Assembly: GCA_041666325.1 (NCBI GenBank) | Contig: JBAYHC010000004.1 | Coordinates: 64,929-128,928, forward strand | Reading direction: 5' to 3' | Length of the DNA: 64,000 nucleotides | DNA from: Patescibacteria group bacterium | Lineage (GTDB): Bacteria; Patescibacteriota; UBA1384; XYA2-FULL-43-10; 1-14-0-10-43-13 | In this document: in pieces, positions 36,421 through 45,152 of the stretch | Numbering within the stretch: the first letter of the stretch is position 1 | How the letters are laid out: each line of letters starts with the position of its first letter | The notes under the pieces: generated by a model | Seen by the model: only the letters and a program-made list of their open reading frames with translations | What the model was told of the DNA's origin: nothing | Database searches by the model: none | Position numbers and translations under genes: made by a program

Positions 36421-36494
36421 TCCGAGATCGTCTAGTGGCAGGACAGCGGATTCTGGCTCCGCTAACCTAGGTTCGAATCCTAGTCTCGGAACCA
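36421..36494 (+). tRNA. tRNA-Gln (anticodon CUG)
   Basis: Hand-folded: acceptor UCCGAGA/UCUCGGA, anticodon stem GCGGA/UCCGC with loop UUCUGGC, T-arm CUAGG-UUCGAAU-CCUAG, encoded ACCA. Confidence 0.8.
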
Positions 36495-36665
36495 AGAAAA
36501 GAGCTTTCATTGAGAGCTCTTTTCTTGGTTTGTAGGATTCGAACTGGGAAGGGGTCGGGAAACGGGAGTTTCCCGTGTCGGAAGGTTGGGAAACCGAGGG
36601 TTTCCCAAAGCGAGACGTAGAAGCGAGCGCTCGAGATCCTAGTCTCGGAACCAAGAAAAGCACTC
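36495..36665 (+). repeat. tRNA-Gln-linked repeat: terminator-like 16-bp hairpin, shared 31-nt GGGAAAC/GTTTCCC motif (antisense), then a direct duplicate of the tRNA 3' end plus a loop-flipped hairpin
   Basis: GA(A)TCCTAGTCTCGGAACCAAGAAAAG occurs at 36474-36499 and 36638-36665; the hairpin loops agctttcattgagagct and cactctcaatgaaagtg are near reverse complements. Confidence 0.6.
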
Positions 36666-37051
36666 TCAATGAAAGTGCTCTTCTTGGTTAATCAAGACTA
36701 CTCAAATTTGCTCGTATACGTATTTTAACTCGGCCCCAGGACTCAATAATTTCTCCATTTATTTAGTCCTATGAGAGCAATTTTTTTCAATTAAGCGTTT
36801 GGAATCTGCTTGTCTCCATAAATCCAAGCGGAACTCGCTGTAAGCTAGAGTTGGAGCCACAAGGACCTGTTCAAATACTTTTTCCTGAAGCGAGAGCGAG
36901 ATGATATCAGGCGAAAAACAGGAATTGTGAGGAGGAATAGCCAAAAGCTATTATGACAAGCAATTCGTGCTTTGCAGCCGAAATCAGCCGCTCACAGCTA
37001 TCGGACACAAGTGTTTGGGCAGGTCCCAATGCTCGGAAAGGAGGTGAGAAT

Positions 37052-37858
37052 ATGCAGATAAGACTGAGGACACGAATGACAATCTGGCTCATAGCAGCGA
37101 TAATTGCAGTTGGCGGATCAATAGGTCTCGGCTCTAATTCAGCTGAGGCGCACGACTGCGCTTGTAGCTGTGGGCAGCAGGTTCAAACCACAACAAAACG
37201 GGTTATCGCCGCACCTAAAAAATTCAGACACAGAAAGGTTGTTCATCAGGCCCCGATCGAGAAAAGAATTATAGTCAAAAAGGTTGTCGTCAAAGAAGTA
37301 GTTCATGAGCCGATTGAGAAAACCGTCATCGTGAAGGAGCCGGTGGTGCTGCGTGAAAGCATTGTCAATGAAGGACCAGTTGTTGTCGAAAAGAAGGTAA
37401 TCGTGAAGGAGCCGGTGGTGGTTAAAGAGCCAACCATTATCAAGGAAACAAAGGTGATTAAAGAACCCGTTATAATCAAAGAAAAAGTAGTAATCAAGGA
37501 GCCTGTTGTCGTCAAGGAAAAAGTAATTATCAAAGAACCGATAATAATCAAGAAGCCCATCATTATCAAAGAACCGGTCGTGATTAAGGAACCGGTAATA
37601 ATCAAAGAGCCGGTCATTATCAAACAACCAACCCCCGCTGTTCAACAGCCGATTCAGCACAACGAGATTACGGATATCGAGCGAACAACAATAAGAAGCG
37701 GTGACGACGTCAACGTTTCTACCCGCTCAGTCAACACGATCAATGCAAGAGGATCAAGTTTCAACCGAATCTACAACGCTGATCGTCAAAGTATTTCGGC
37801 CGATGGTGATGTTAGTGTTAGTAACACCAATATCAACACAATAAACGCAAGGTTCTAG
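37052..37858 (+). CDS. secreted repetitive protein with about 25 tandem hexapeptide (V/I)(V/I)(I/V)KEP repeats
   Basis: GGAGGTG RBS, then a signal peptide MQIRLRTRMTIWLIAAIIAVGGSIGLGSNSAEA, then repeats VIVKEPVVVKEPTIIKETKVIKEPVIIKEKVVIKEP... Confidence 0.6.
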   Translation: MQIRLRTRMTIWLIAAIIAVGGSIGLGSNSAEAHDCACSCGQQVQTTTKRVIAAPKKFRHRKVVHQAPIEKRIIVKKVVVKEVVHEPIEKTVIVKEPVVLRESIVNEGPVVVEKKVIVKEPVVVKEPTIIKETKVIKEPVIIKEKVVIKEPVVVKEKVIIKEPIIIKKPIIIKEPVVIKEPVIIKEPVIIKQPTPAVQQPIQHNEITDIERTTIRSGDDVNVSTRSVNTINARGSSFNRIYNADRQSISADGDVSVSNTNINTINARF

Positions 37859-37904
37859 GTACAACCAACTTAGATAACTTAACTAAGGCCCCGCTCGGGG
37901 CTTT

Positions 37905-38040
37905 GGTGTATAACTTAGGCAAAAGGCGAAAGGAAAGCAAATATATGGCCCTCTTGCGCCCGCATGCATCGCCTGGAGCGAAGCGACTGCGGGCAGGCCT
38001 CTCACACTTACGCCTAATATATGCTATAATCCCTCATATC
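37905..38040 (+). repeat. intergenic repeat element copy C immediately upstream of gmk
   Basis: AGGCAAAAGGCGAAAGG ... GCGCCCGCATGCATCGCCTGGAGCGAAGCGACTGCGGGCAGGC ... CACACTTACGCC, followed by an extended -10 TGCTATAAT. Confidence 0.6.
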
Positions 38041-38616
38041 ATGAACAATAAACCACCCCTAATCGTTATCGTTTCCGGCCCGTCAGGGGCAGGCAAAAAT
38101 TCTGTCGTCGCACCACTGCGAGCAAAGACCGATGATTTTGCTTTTTCTATTTCTTACACAACAAGACAAACAATTCGCCCCGACGAAATCGATGGGCGAG
38201 ACTATCATTTTGTGAGTAGCGCTGAGTTCGCTCATTCTATCCAGAAAGAAGAATTTTTGGAGTGGCAAGATGTCTTTGAAAACCGTTATGGCACCAAAAG
38301 GTCTGATTTTGAGAAGCTTCTTACAACAAACAAGACTGTTGTTGCTCTCCTGGACGTTAAGGGAGCGATGTGCGTAAAGGGGGAGTACCCAAATGTTGTA
38401 ACTGTTTTTGTTATGCCGCCCGATTTAGACATCGCCTCAGAACGGCTGGAGAAGCGGGCAACGGACTCCGAAACGTCTCGGAATATCCGCAAAGAAAGAT
38501 ATGCCCTAGAAATGGACTACAAGGACAAATACGACTATATTATTGTCAACGACGACCTACCAATGGCCCAGCAAGAACTCTCTAGCATTATCAGTAGCAG
38601 ATTGCTCAAAAATTAG
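38041..38616 (+). CDS. gmk: guanylate kinase
   Basis: LIVIVSGPSGAGKNSV P-loop, the YHF guanylate-binding block and RLEKRATDSE. Start at MNNKPP, since the upstream tool start would read through the repeat. Confidence 0.8.
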   Translation: MNNKPPLIVIVSGPSGAGKNSVVAPLRAKTDDFAFSISYTTRQTIRPDEIDGRDYHFVSSAEFAHSIQKEEFLEWQDVFENRYGTKRSDFEKLLTTNKTVVALLDVKGAMCVKGEYPNVVTVFVMPPDLDIASERLEKRATDSETSRNIRKERYALEMDYKDKYDYIIVNDDLPMAQQELSSIISSRLLKN

Positions 38617-38664
38617 AAAGGCTCCCGCATTTAAGGAAGCCTTTCTCGCTTGAATATTGAGCAC

Positions 38665-38931
38665 TTATCGCAGTACGTTAACCCATTTCAAGACGGCGAT
38701 AAGTACGACTGCCCCAACGACGCCCCACAACAACCCGAAGAGTGAGAGCGTTCCGGCGGCAGCAGCAGAACCGATGCCCAATAGATTGAAGAAGATAAAC
38801 CTGGCCAACAACGCTCCGATTATTCCAACTATCACGTTGGCCAGTATTCCCTGCTGTTCATCGGTTCTCATAACCATGCTTGCTAGCCAGCCGACGATTC
38901 CGCCGACAATGATGGCTACTAATATATCCAT
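38665..38931 (-). CDS. GlsB/YeaQ/YmgE family stress-response membrane protein
   Basis: Three glycine-zipper TM helices (IVGGIVGWLA, GIIGALLARFIF). Confidence 0.65.
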   Translation of the reverse strand: MDILVAIIVGGIVGWLASMVMRTDEQQGILANVIVGIIGALLARFIFFNLLGIGSAAAAGTLSLFGLLWGVVGAVVLIAVLKWVNVLR

Positions 38932-39198
38932 TGTGCCTCCCGATTTATTACAAGATGCGCAAGTTACCCAAAGGACACACGCTGCGCAACAAAAGGGTAA
39001 TACTTCGAAGGTTCCTGTTTGTCAAAGCTTCGGGCCCGACAACTACCTGACACTCATCGGCTAGCACCCTTTTATTTCATTATGGGCACTTCTCCCTCTT
39101 AATTATACCATTCGTATTCAAGTTGTTTTCTCAACAATTCCCCGCTCCCAGAAACGACAAAAGTGCTGGCAAAAATAGATCTCTGGTACAACAAAAGG

Positions 39199-41001
39199 CT
39201 ATTGAGTGCGTCCAAGTTTTTTTGCCAGCACCCTGGCTTCTGCGAGAAGAGCCGCTACCTCCAAAAGCCCCTTTTCCCAGAAAGTCTTGTCCTCAATGTC
39301 AACACCGAGCCCTCTAAAAATATTTGTGGGCGAATCAGATAACCCCGCCGAAAAAAATACTTTTACCTTCTGCATAAATTTGTGATCTCGCCTGACTGAG
39401 CTTTGCAATGATTTCGAAATTAATAATCCGCTAGCATAGGAGTAGACATAGAAGAATGTTCTAAAGTGCTGCCAGTAAACCCACCAGTTCTCTGATCCGC
39501 TCGTTTGCTCAACCGCCGAACCCATATAGTCAGCCATGTGCTTCTGGAAGATAGCACCTATCTCCTCCTTAGAGAGATAGCCCTTCTCCCTCAGAGCATT
39601 GTGTAGTTCTTTCTCGAATTGATATGCTGCCACCTGTCGAAAGATTGTGGCAATATCATCATCGAGTTTGGCAACCATGAACGCCAGCTTGGTCTCCTCG
39701 TCAGCCTCTCCCCGTAATTCCTCGAGCGCAAAGTCCTCCATAAATGTACTCGCCACCTCGGCCGTGGACAAAGGAGTGCCGAAGTTCAACGCATTTTGCT
39801 TTGCCTTGATCAGTTCATCGTTAATACCGTGTCCCATTTCGTGAGCAAAGGTAGACACGTCCCCAGCCTTGTTGGTGTAATTCAAGAAAACATAAATCGG
39901 CTGAGATATCAGGTTGCCCATGCAAAAAGCGCCACCGTGCTTGCCCTGACGAGGATAGACGTCGATTCTACCTTCATCAACGAAACGCTCGAATATCTGG
40001 CTAAACTCCGGATCAAGGTTCGAAAAAACTTTGCGCAGCAGCACGACGGCATCTTCATATGAATATTCTTTGTTGATATCGCCATAGACGAGGCTGCGCC
40101 AATGGTAGGGAAGGGATTTCACACCAAACAGCTCAGCCTTAAACTGGTAGAAATCCCTCGAAATTGAAAAGTGATCGGAGACCGCCTCGACAAGCGCATC
40201 AACACTGGTTGAGCTGATATCATCGCTCAAATGTCTAGCAGCATCGGGCCGCACAAAGCCCCGCAGCTCGTCGTTAATTTTTTTGTCTTGCAAAATTGAG
40301 TTAATCTCCGCCTCAGCCACATCAACATATTTGACCAAGACCTCGTTGATTGCCTTGCCCGCGCTATCGCACACGTCAGTATTGCTTGTTTGGAGCATGT
40401 TCTGAATTTCGGAGAAACTTTTTTTCTCTCTCGTGCCCTCCTCGGTCAAAACCTCTCGAGTTTCGCGGGAAAGAAATCCGGAGGTCATTTTGCGCCAGTT
40501 GGAATAGGCCGGCGTCGACTTGAGGTTTAATATCTTCTCCTCGTCCTCGCCCAAGAGATATTGAGCCTCAGCAAAAAGCTTCTCCAAAAAGTGATGATAA
40601 GCAGAGAGCTCCTTGCTCTCCAGAAAGGTTTTCTGCCTGTCAGCCGGCACCTTGGCAAGCCTCAAGACGAAGAACTGCATCTCGTTCTCGCATTTAATCG
40701 AAAAATCATTTATCTGGTTATACTTTGCCTTTAGCTCGGGATTGTTCTCGTCTTGCTGGGTTCGAAGGTAGTAGTAATATCTCTCTCCGCCACCGTTAGA
40801 ATAGACCCGCTCCCACTCATCATATTCAGACAGTGCCTCACTAAGAACCTCCGGCTTCTCCAAATAATCGTTTCTGTTTCGCCACTTCTCAACGAATTCC
40901 TTGAGTTTGTTTTCTATCTCTCGACGCTCATCTTGCGCCTTCTCGTCACTCTCAAATAGCGGCGACAGGTTCCACTCTGTTTGATATTTTCCGTGATTCA
41001 T
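39199..41001 (-). CDS. pepF: oligoendopeptidase F (M3 family)
   Basis: HEMGHGIND zinc motif; length and architecture of the PepF family. Confidence 0.8.
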   Translation of the reverse strand: MNHGKYQTEWNLSPLFESDEKAQDERREIENKLKEFVEKWRNRNDYLEKPEVLSEALSEYDEWERVYSNGGGERYYYYLRTQQDENNPELKAKYNQINDFSIKCENEMQFFVLRLAKVPADRQKTFLESKELSAYHHFLEKLFAEAQYLLGEDEEKILNLKSTPAYSNWRKMTSGFLSRETREVLTEEGTREKKSFSEIQNMLQTSNTDVCDSAGKAINEVLVKYVDVAEAEINSILQDKKINDELRGFVRPDAARHLSDDISSTSVDALVEAVSDHFSISRDFYQFKAELFGVKSLPYHWRSLVYGDINKEYSYEDAVVLLRKVFSNLDPEFSQIFERFVDEGRIDVYPRQGKHGGAFCMGNLISQPIYVFLNYTNKAGDVSTFAHEMGHGINDELIKAKQNALNFGTPLSTAEVASTFMEDFALEELRGEADEETKLAFMVAKLDDDIATIFRQVAAYQFEKELHNALREKGYLSKEEIGAIFQKHMADYMGSAVEQTSGSENWWVYWQHFRTFFYVYSYASGLLISKSLQSSVRRDHKFMQKVKVFFSAGLSDSPTNIFRGLGVDIEDKTFWEKGLLEVAALLAEARVLAKKLGRTQ

Positions 41002-41031
41002 TCTTGTTTCCTTCTATCTCCCTCGCCCCCT

Positions 41032-41052
41032 GGGTGAGGGTGAGGGTGAGGG
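41032..41052 (+). other. canonical G-quadruplex-forming motif (GGGTGA)3GGG in the pepF leader
   Basis: G3N3G3N3G3N3G3 read directly; the C-rich complement lies on the pepF sense strand. Confidence 0.5.
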
Positions 41053-41142
41053 TAATGATCAAGTTGATACTACCTTATTCTAGCACAAAACGCCGCCCCG
41101 GAGACTTTCGGGGCGGCCGTGTTGATGAGATATTTTTGGATA

Positions 41143-41715
41143 TTAGTCCCAATCGCCACTCCGTATCATCCCATAGTGCTCCAATACCCGGATAGCCAAT
41201 CTGGGCTCTTTCCCTTTTAACTGTTGGAACACTTGGTAGACCTCCCGATGATCTTCGGGCGAAAGGCCATGGAAAAGTTCATCCTCAAGATCAGGGCAAA
41301 TCTTAACGACTGCGAGAAGGCAACGAAGATTGATGCAAGCAACTTGATTACCCATAATCCGTGTATACGGCGGCCTAAAAAATTCTTTTCTTAGAGCTTC
41401 CTGTATTTCTCTAAGTCTCTCCGGTACCAGATCGGCAATTTGTGCTGACAACCAGAGGAAGGTTGACGCAATTTCAGCTGCCGATTCTGGCAGGTCACGG
41501 GCGATCTGAATCATAACCTCATCCCTAAAACTCAGATGCGCCAACTCTACCGCCTTATCGGGGAAAGCCATGGCTAGTTCATAGTACTTTCCCGACTCTG
41601 ACGCGATCCAGTTGAGAAGACCAGGGTATTGCCTAGCGAGCTCAATCGCACTATCGGGGTTGTCGTGTAGCCGTCGAACTACTGCACAACGCTCTCCTTT
41701 AGTAATGCTGTTCAC
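41143..41715 (-). CDS. hypothetical protein (190 aa)
   Basis: ORF only; helical, no motif recognised. Confidence 0.4.
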   Translation of the reverse strand: MNSITKGERCAVVRRLHDNPDSAIELARQYPGLLNWIASESGKYYELAMAFPDKAVELAHLSFRDEVMIQIARDLPESAAEIASTFLWLSAQIADLVPERLREIQEALRKEFFRPPYTRIMGNQVACINLRCLLAVVKICPDLEDELFHGLSPEDHREVYQVFQQLKGKEPRLAIRVLEHYGMIRSGDWD

Positions 41716-41950
41716 TTTTCCCCCTATTCCGCATTGTCAAGCCAGCCTATTCCAGCCTGATTGAGGTATTGTAGATTAGTTGCTACTAATATTCAAGTGT
41801 TTCCACTTGTTTTGTGGTGGTTTTATGCTAACATTGGGGCAGCTATCACTATATTTGTTTTGTCATCGCTGGTCGAGTCAGGAATTCAATGATATTAATT
41901 TCTAGATTCCTGATCGAGAAGCCCCCGCCTGGAATGACAGAGGAGTAATT

Positions 41951-42688
41951 ATGTATCGAATCTTAAAGCAGATAGGTTTAACCTCAAAAGAAGCAGAGGC
42001 GTATGAGGCCCTGCTTCGGCTTGGCGAAGTGCCAGTTTCGGAGATCGTTAGGGAGACAGGTGATCATTCGCAGATCATTTATCGAGCAATAGATGGATTG
42101 GTTGCTCTTGGCTTAGTTGCAGTCTCCTATCAGCAACATCGAAAATTTGTGAAGGCCGAGGACCCAACTACTTTGGAGCGGCTCGAGGAGAAACGATTGG
42201 AGGAGCTTCGACTAGTGGTGCCAGAGTTATTGTCAATTCAAAGACAAGCTCACAATACCTCAATCATCAGGACAAGCAAGGGCAATGAGGCGATTAGAGC
42301 AATGAGACTGGATAGCCTGGAGAGATTAAAAGCGGGAGACTGTTACTACGCCATTGGAGCAACTGGAGACCGGTACTTAGAAGCAATGGGCCAGTATTAT
42401 TATGAGCAAACCGAGAGACGCCGGATCAAAAAAAAGATTCAGCGCAAAATGCTCTCTTATGACAATCAACGAGATAGATGGGAGTACGCCAAACCGTATA
42501 AAGAACTAGCTGAGACTCGATATCTGCCGGAGAGCTATACTATCCCCGCAACTACTAATATCCATGCGGATGTGGTGACAATTATCATTTGGGATGATAT
42601 TCCGGTAGTGGTGACAATTGAAAGCAAAGCTATTGCCGAAAGTTACTTGCACTATTTTCATATGCTCTGGCAGATCGCTAAACTTTAA
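41951..42688 (+). CDS. TrmB-family transcriptional regulator (paralog 3 of 3)
   Basis: wHTH LTSKEAEAYEALLRLGEVPVSEIVRETGDHSQIIYRAIDGLVALGLV. Confidence 0.65.
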   Translation: MYRILKQIGLTSKEAEAYEALLRLGEVPVSEIVRETGDHSQIIYRAIDGLVALGLVAVSYQQHRKFVKAEDPTTLERLEEKRLEELRLVVPELLSIQRQAHNTSIIRTSKGNEAIRAMRLDSLERLKAGDCYYAIGATGDRYLEAMGQYYYEQTERRRIKKKIQRKMLSYDNQRDRWEYAKPYKELAETRYLPESYTIPATTNIHADVVTIIIWDDIPVVVTIESKAIAESYLHYFHMLWQIAKL

Positions 42689-42857
42689 TTTTTCAGTGCA
42701 CGATAAAAATGTGTCACTTCTTACATCCCGACGAAGCCACTTGAAGCTACGACAGAGAAATTGACAAACATTTTACAATTGATAATTGGGCCTACCAAAC
42801 GGCCACGGCCAAATGCCTGAGACACTCTGGGCACCGGTGTAACAGCCTTAGAACTAG

Positions 42858-43793
42858 TTATAGTCCGGCATTAGTCAAAATACGGCGGTGGATCTCGAAG
42901 GCGGCGAGAGCCCCTTCGCCGCCGGCGATAATCGCCTGATCGGGACCATTATTGCACGGTCCAACGGCGAACAAATTGTGATGCGAGCTTTCGAGTGAAT
43001 GGAAATCAACCTTAATATAGCCGTCATCATCACGTTCCACCTCGATGCCGCCTTCATCCAGAAAACGGTCCAGCCTCTCATGTCCGAGCATGGTAAAAAT
43101 CGCCTCTGCCTGAATCCGTGTGCCATCTTCTAAAATAATGTGTTCCAGATAGCCTTCATCCCCTTGCAGCTGGCTGATTGGGCTAACATAGGTATCTATG
43201 CCGTTTTTCTTGGCTCTACTCATCATCCCCGCACTGAATGCAGACGCTTTGTCAGAGAGAATTACCGCAATAGCTGATTCCGGCCTCATAAACTTAAAAA
43301 TCAACGCCTCTGAGATTGTTCGATCATTGTTGCCGACAACAGCAATTTTTTTGCGCCTATTTTGATACCAATCACAGGCAGGGCAGTGAAAAACAGAGTG
43401 ATCAAAAAACTCGTCAGGAATATCAATCGGCGGGATCGGATCAACAACTCCAACCGCCACAATGACATACCGGGCTTGATATTTATTTCCCTCCTCCGTC
43501 ACGACGTCAAAACCATCTCCGCTAAACCTGACAGTGGTCACCCTCTCTTCCTTGCACTCAATCGGCAGATTGGCGATCTGCTCTCGGATGCGCCGCAAGA
43601 AATCCTGACCGGGCGTCACCTCGGCATGACCAAGAAAGTTCTTGAGGTTTGTCGCCACCGCCGTTCTGCCGGTAATTTTTTCCGGAACATCAAAAAGGAT
43701 GACCTCGTGGCAGAAACGAGCAAGGTAGATAGCCGCACTCGATCCAGCCGGTCCGCCGCCAATAATAATTGTTTTATCCTGAAAATTATCCAT
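42858..43793 (-). CDS. trxB: thioredoxin-disulfide reductase-like FAD/NAD(P) oxidoreductase
   Basis: GGGPAGSSAA FAD-binding motif, redox-active CPACD and a second dinucleotide-binding GxGxxA. Confidence 0.7.
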   Translation of the reverse strand: MDNFQDKTIIIGGGPAGSSAAIYLARFCHEVILFDVPEKITGRTAVATNLKNFLGHAEVTPGQDFLRRIREQIANLPIECKEERVTTVRFSGDGFDVVTEEGNKYQARYVIVAVGVVDPIPPIDIPDEFFDHSVFHCPACDWYQNRRKKIAVVGNNDRTISEALIFKFMRPESAIAVILSDKASAFSAGMMSRAKKNGIDTYVSPISQLQGDEGYLEHIILEDGTRIQAEAIFTMLGHERLDRFLDEGGIEVERDDDGYIKVDFHSLESSHHNLFAVGPCNNGPDQAIIAGGEGALAAFEIHRRILTNAGL

Positions 43794-43959
43794 TCTTTTC
43801 CTCCCTGCTGATAAGCAGGTAATTATAAAGGGTATAATACCCCGGGGGCAAGTCCTGACCCAAGATTTCGTAGCAACATACGGGTTATTAACCCTTTGTT
43901 ACGCCCTGATTCTACGTCTTTTATATCTTGTAATAGCAAGAATTCAAGAATTGGATAAT

Positions 43960-43998
43960 TCAACAAAAAAAAGACAGTAAGCACCCACGGCTTGACCG
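43960..43998 (-). terminator. rho-independent terminator for the glycosyltransferase gene
   Basis: On the minus strand: GACGGTCAAGC-cgtgggt-GCTTACTGTC followed by TTTTTTTT. Confidence 0.5.
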
Positions 43999-44000
43999 TC

Positions 44001-45125
44001 TTAGTTTGTTAGTTCTAAATAGAGCTGTTCCAGTCTGTCGGTCACAGATGGCCAGCTGAATTGCTTGATTCTTTCCCTTCCCTCAGTGACAAGATGACTG
44101 GCAAGATCTTTGTCGCCCAGAATTCGCAGAGTTGCGCTACCGATCTCCGCAGGAAAGCGCGGTCTCACGAGCAGTCCGCTCTTTTCGTTTTCGATCACAT
44201 CAGGAATTCCGCCGACTCTTGTCGCCACAACCGGCACCTTCATCGCCATTGCCTCGAGAAGAACGATGCCAAACGTCTCCGCAAGAGAGGGAAGGACGAA
44301 AACGTCCCAGTGCTTAAGATACTTCTCCACATCTTTCTTGTGCCCCAAGAGCGAGATATGATGTTCTAGGCCTAATTTATTGATAAACCTCTCCAGTGAC
44401 TGACGATCTTCTCCATCGCCGATTATCTCGAGAGTGGCAAGCGGGTATTTTTTGATAATCCCAGACATTGCCTCAATCAAAAATCTGTGCCCCTTCTGAG
44501 AATTAAGGTTGCCAATGGAGCCAATGATTGGGTTGTTGGTTTTTTGCTTCTCTGCGCGGGACCTCGGCTCAAAGTCTCTAAGGTCAACCGCATTTGGAAT
44601 GACAACAATCCGCTCTCGCCTAACCAACCCTTCGTCAATTAAAAATTTCCTCACCGACTCGGAGACAGCGATAACCGCGTCTGTGTTATGGTTTAGCCAG
44701 CCAAGGATTTTCTTCTGGACCCACTCATTAATAGGGCTCCCAAGATGAAAATCGGAGTCAAAACGATGCTCAGTGTACACATAACAAACCCCCGGGATTC
44801 GCTTCAGACGGGAGAACAAGCTTGCTCTCGAACCGTGCGAGTGAACGATCATCGGCCCGAACGGATCGTTCTCTGCCCGAATTTCTTCGATTATTCCATG
44901 GAAGCCAGACATGGCACGAAGATCAAATTTTGACTTGAAAGAAAGGGTGTAGACCTTCGTGCCAGCTATCTTCCTCGCCTCTTGGTTGAGATAACCGGCA
45001 GGGCAGATGAGATAGCAATCGAATCTGCTTCGATCCAAATTGGCGAGCAAACCAAGAATATGCTTCGGCCCCCCACCTAAGCCGGAATCAGCGATAACCT
45101 GAATAACTTTTATTTTACGCCTCAT
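44001..45125 (-). CDS. GT4-family glycosyltransferase
   Basis: EAMAMKVPVVATRVGGIPDVIENEKSGLLV, with the E-x7-E-like GT4 C-terminal signature. Confidence 0.75.
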   Translation of the reverse strand: MRRKIKVIQVIADSGLGGGPKHILGLLANLDRSRFDCYLICPAGYLNQEARKIAGTKVYTLSFKSKFDLRAMSGFHGIIEEIRAENDPFGPMIVHSHGSRASLFSRLKRIPGVCYVYTEHRFDSDFHLGSPINEWVQKKILGWLNHNTDAVIAVSESVRKFLIDEGLVRRERIVVIPNAVDLRDFEPRSRAEKQKTNNPIIGSIGNLNSQKGHRFLIEAMSGIIKKYPLATLEIIGDGEDRQSLERFINKLGLEHHISLLGHKKDVEKYLKHWDVFVLPSLAETFGIVLLEAMAMKVPVVATRVGGIPDVIENEKSGLLVRPRFPAEIGSATLRILGDKDLASHLVTEGRERIKQFSWPSVTDRLEQLYLELTN

Positions 45126-45152
45126 CGTACCCTCCTAGGTCGCAATCATGAT

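Noticed and set aside
36495-36665. Integrated prophage or island bounded by tRNA-Gln 3'-end direct repeats (same idea for tRNA-Arg at 61466-61744)
   Set aside because: The repeats are only about 150-280 bp apart with no coding capacity; interpreted as a miniature element or scar rather than an island.
37250-37660. Tandem repeats that could be mistaken for a CRISPR array
   Set aside because: The repeats are 18-nt in-frame coding units of one ORF (hexapeptide repeats) with no spacer structure; the antisense ORFs 37139-37660 and 37303-37623 are repeat-induced artefacts.
37903-38040. Longer N-terminus for gmk
   Set aside because: Same repeat-derived read-through; the P-loop-proximal ATG at 38041 gives a normal-length guanylate kinase.
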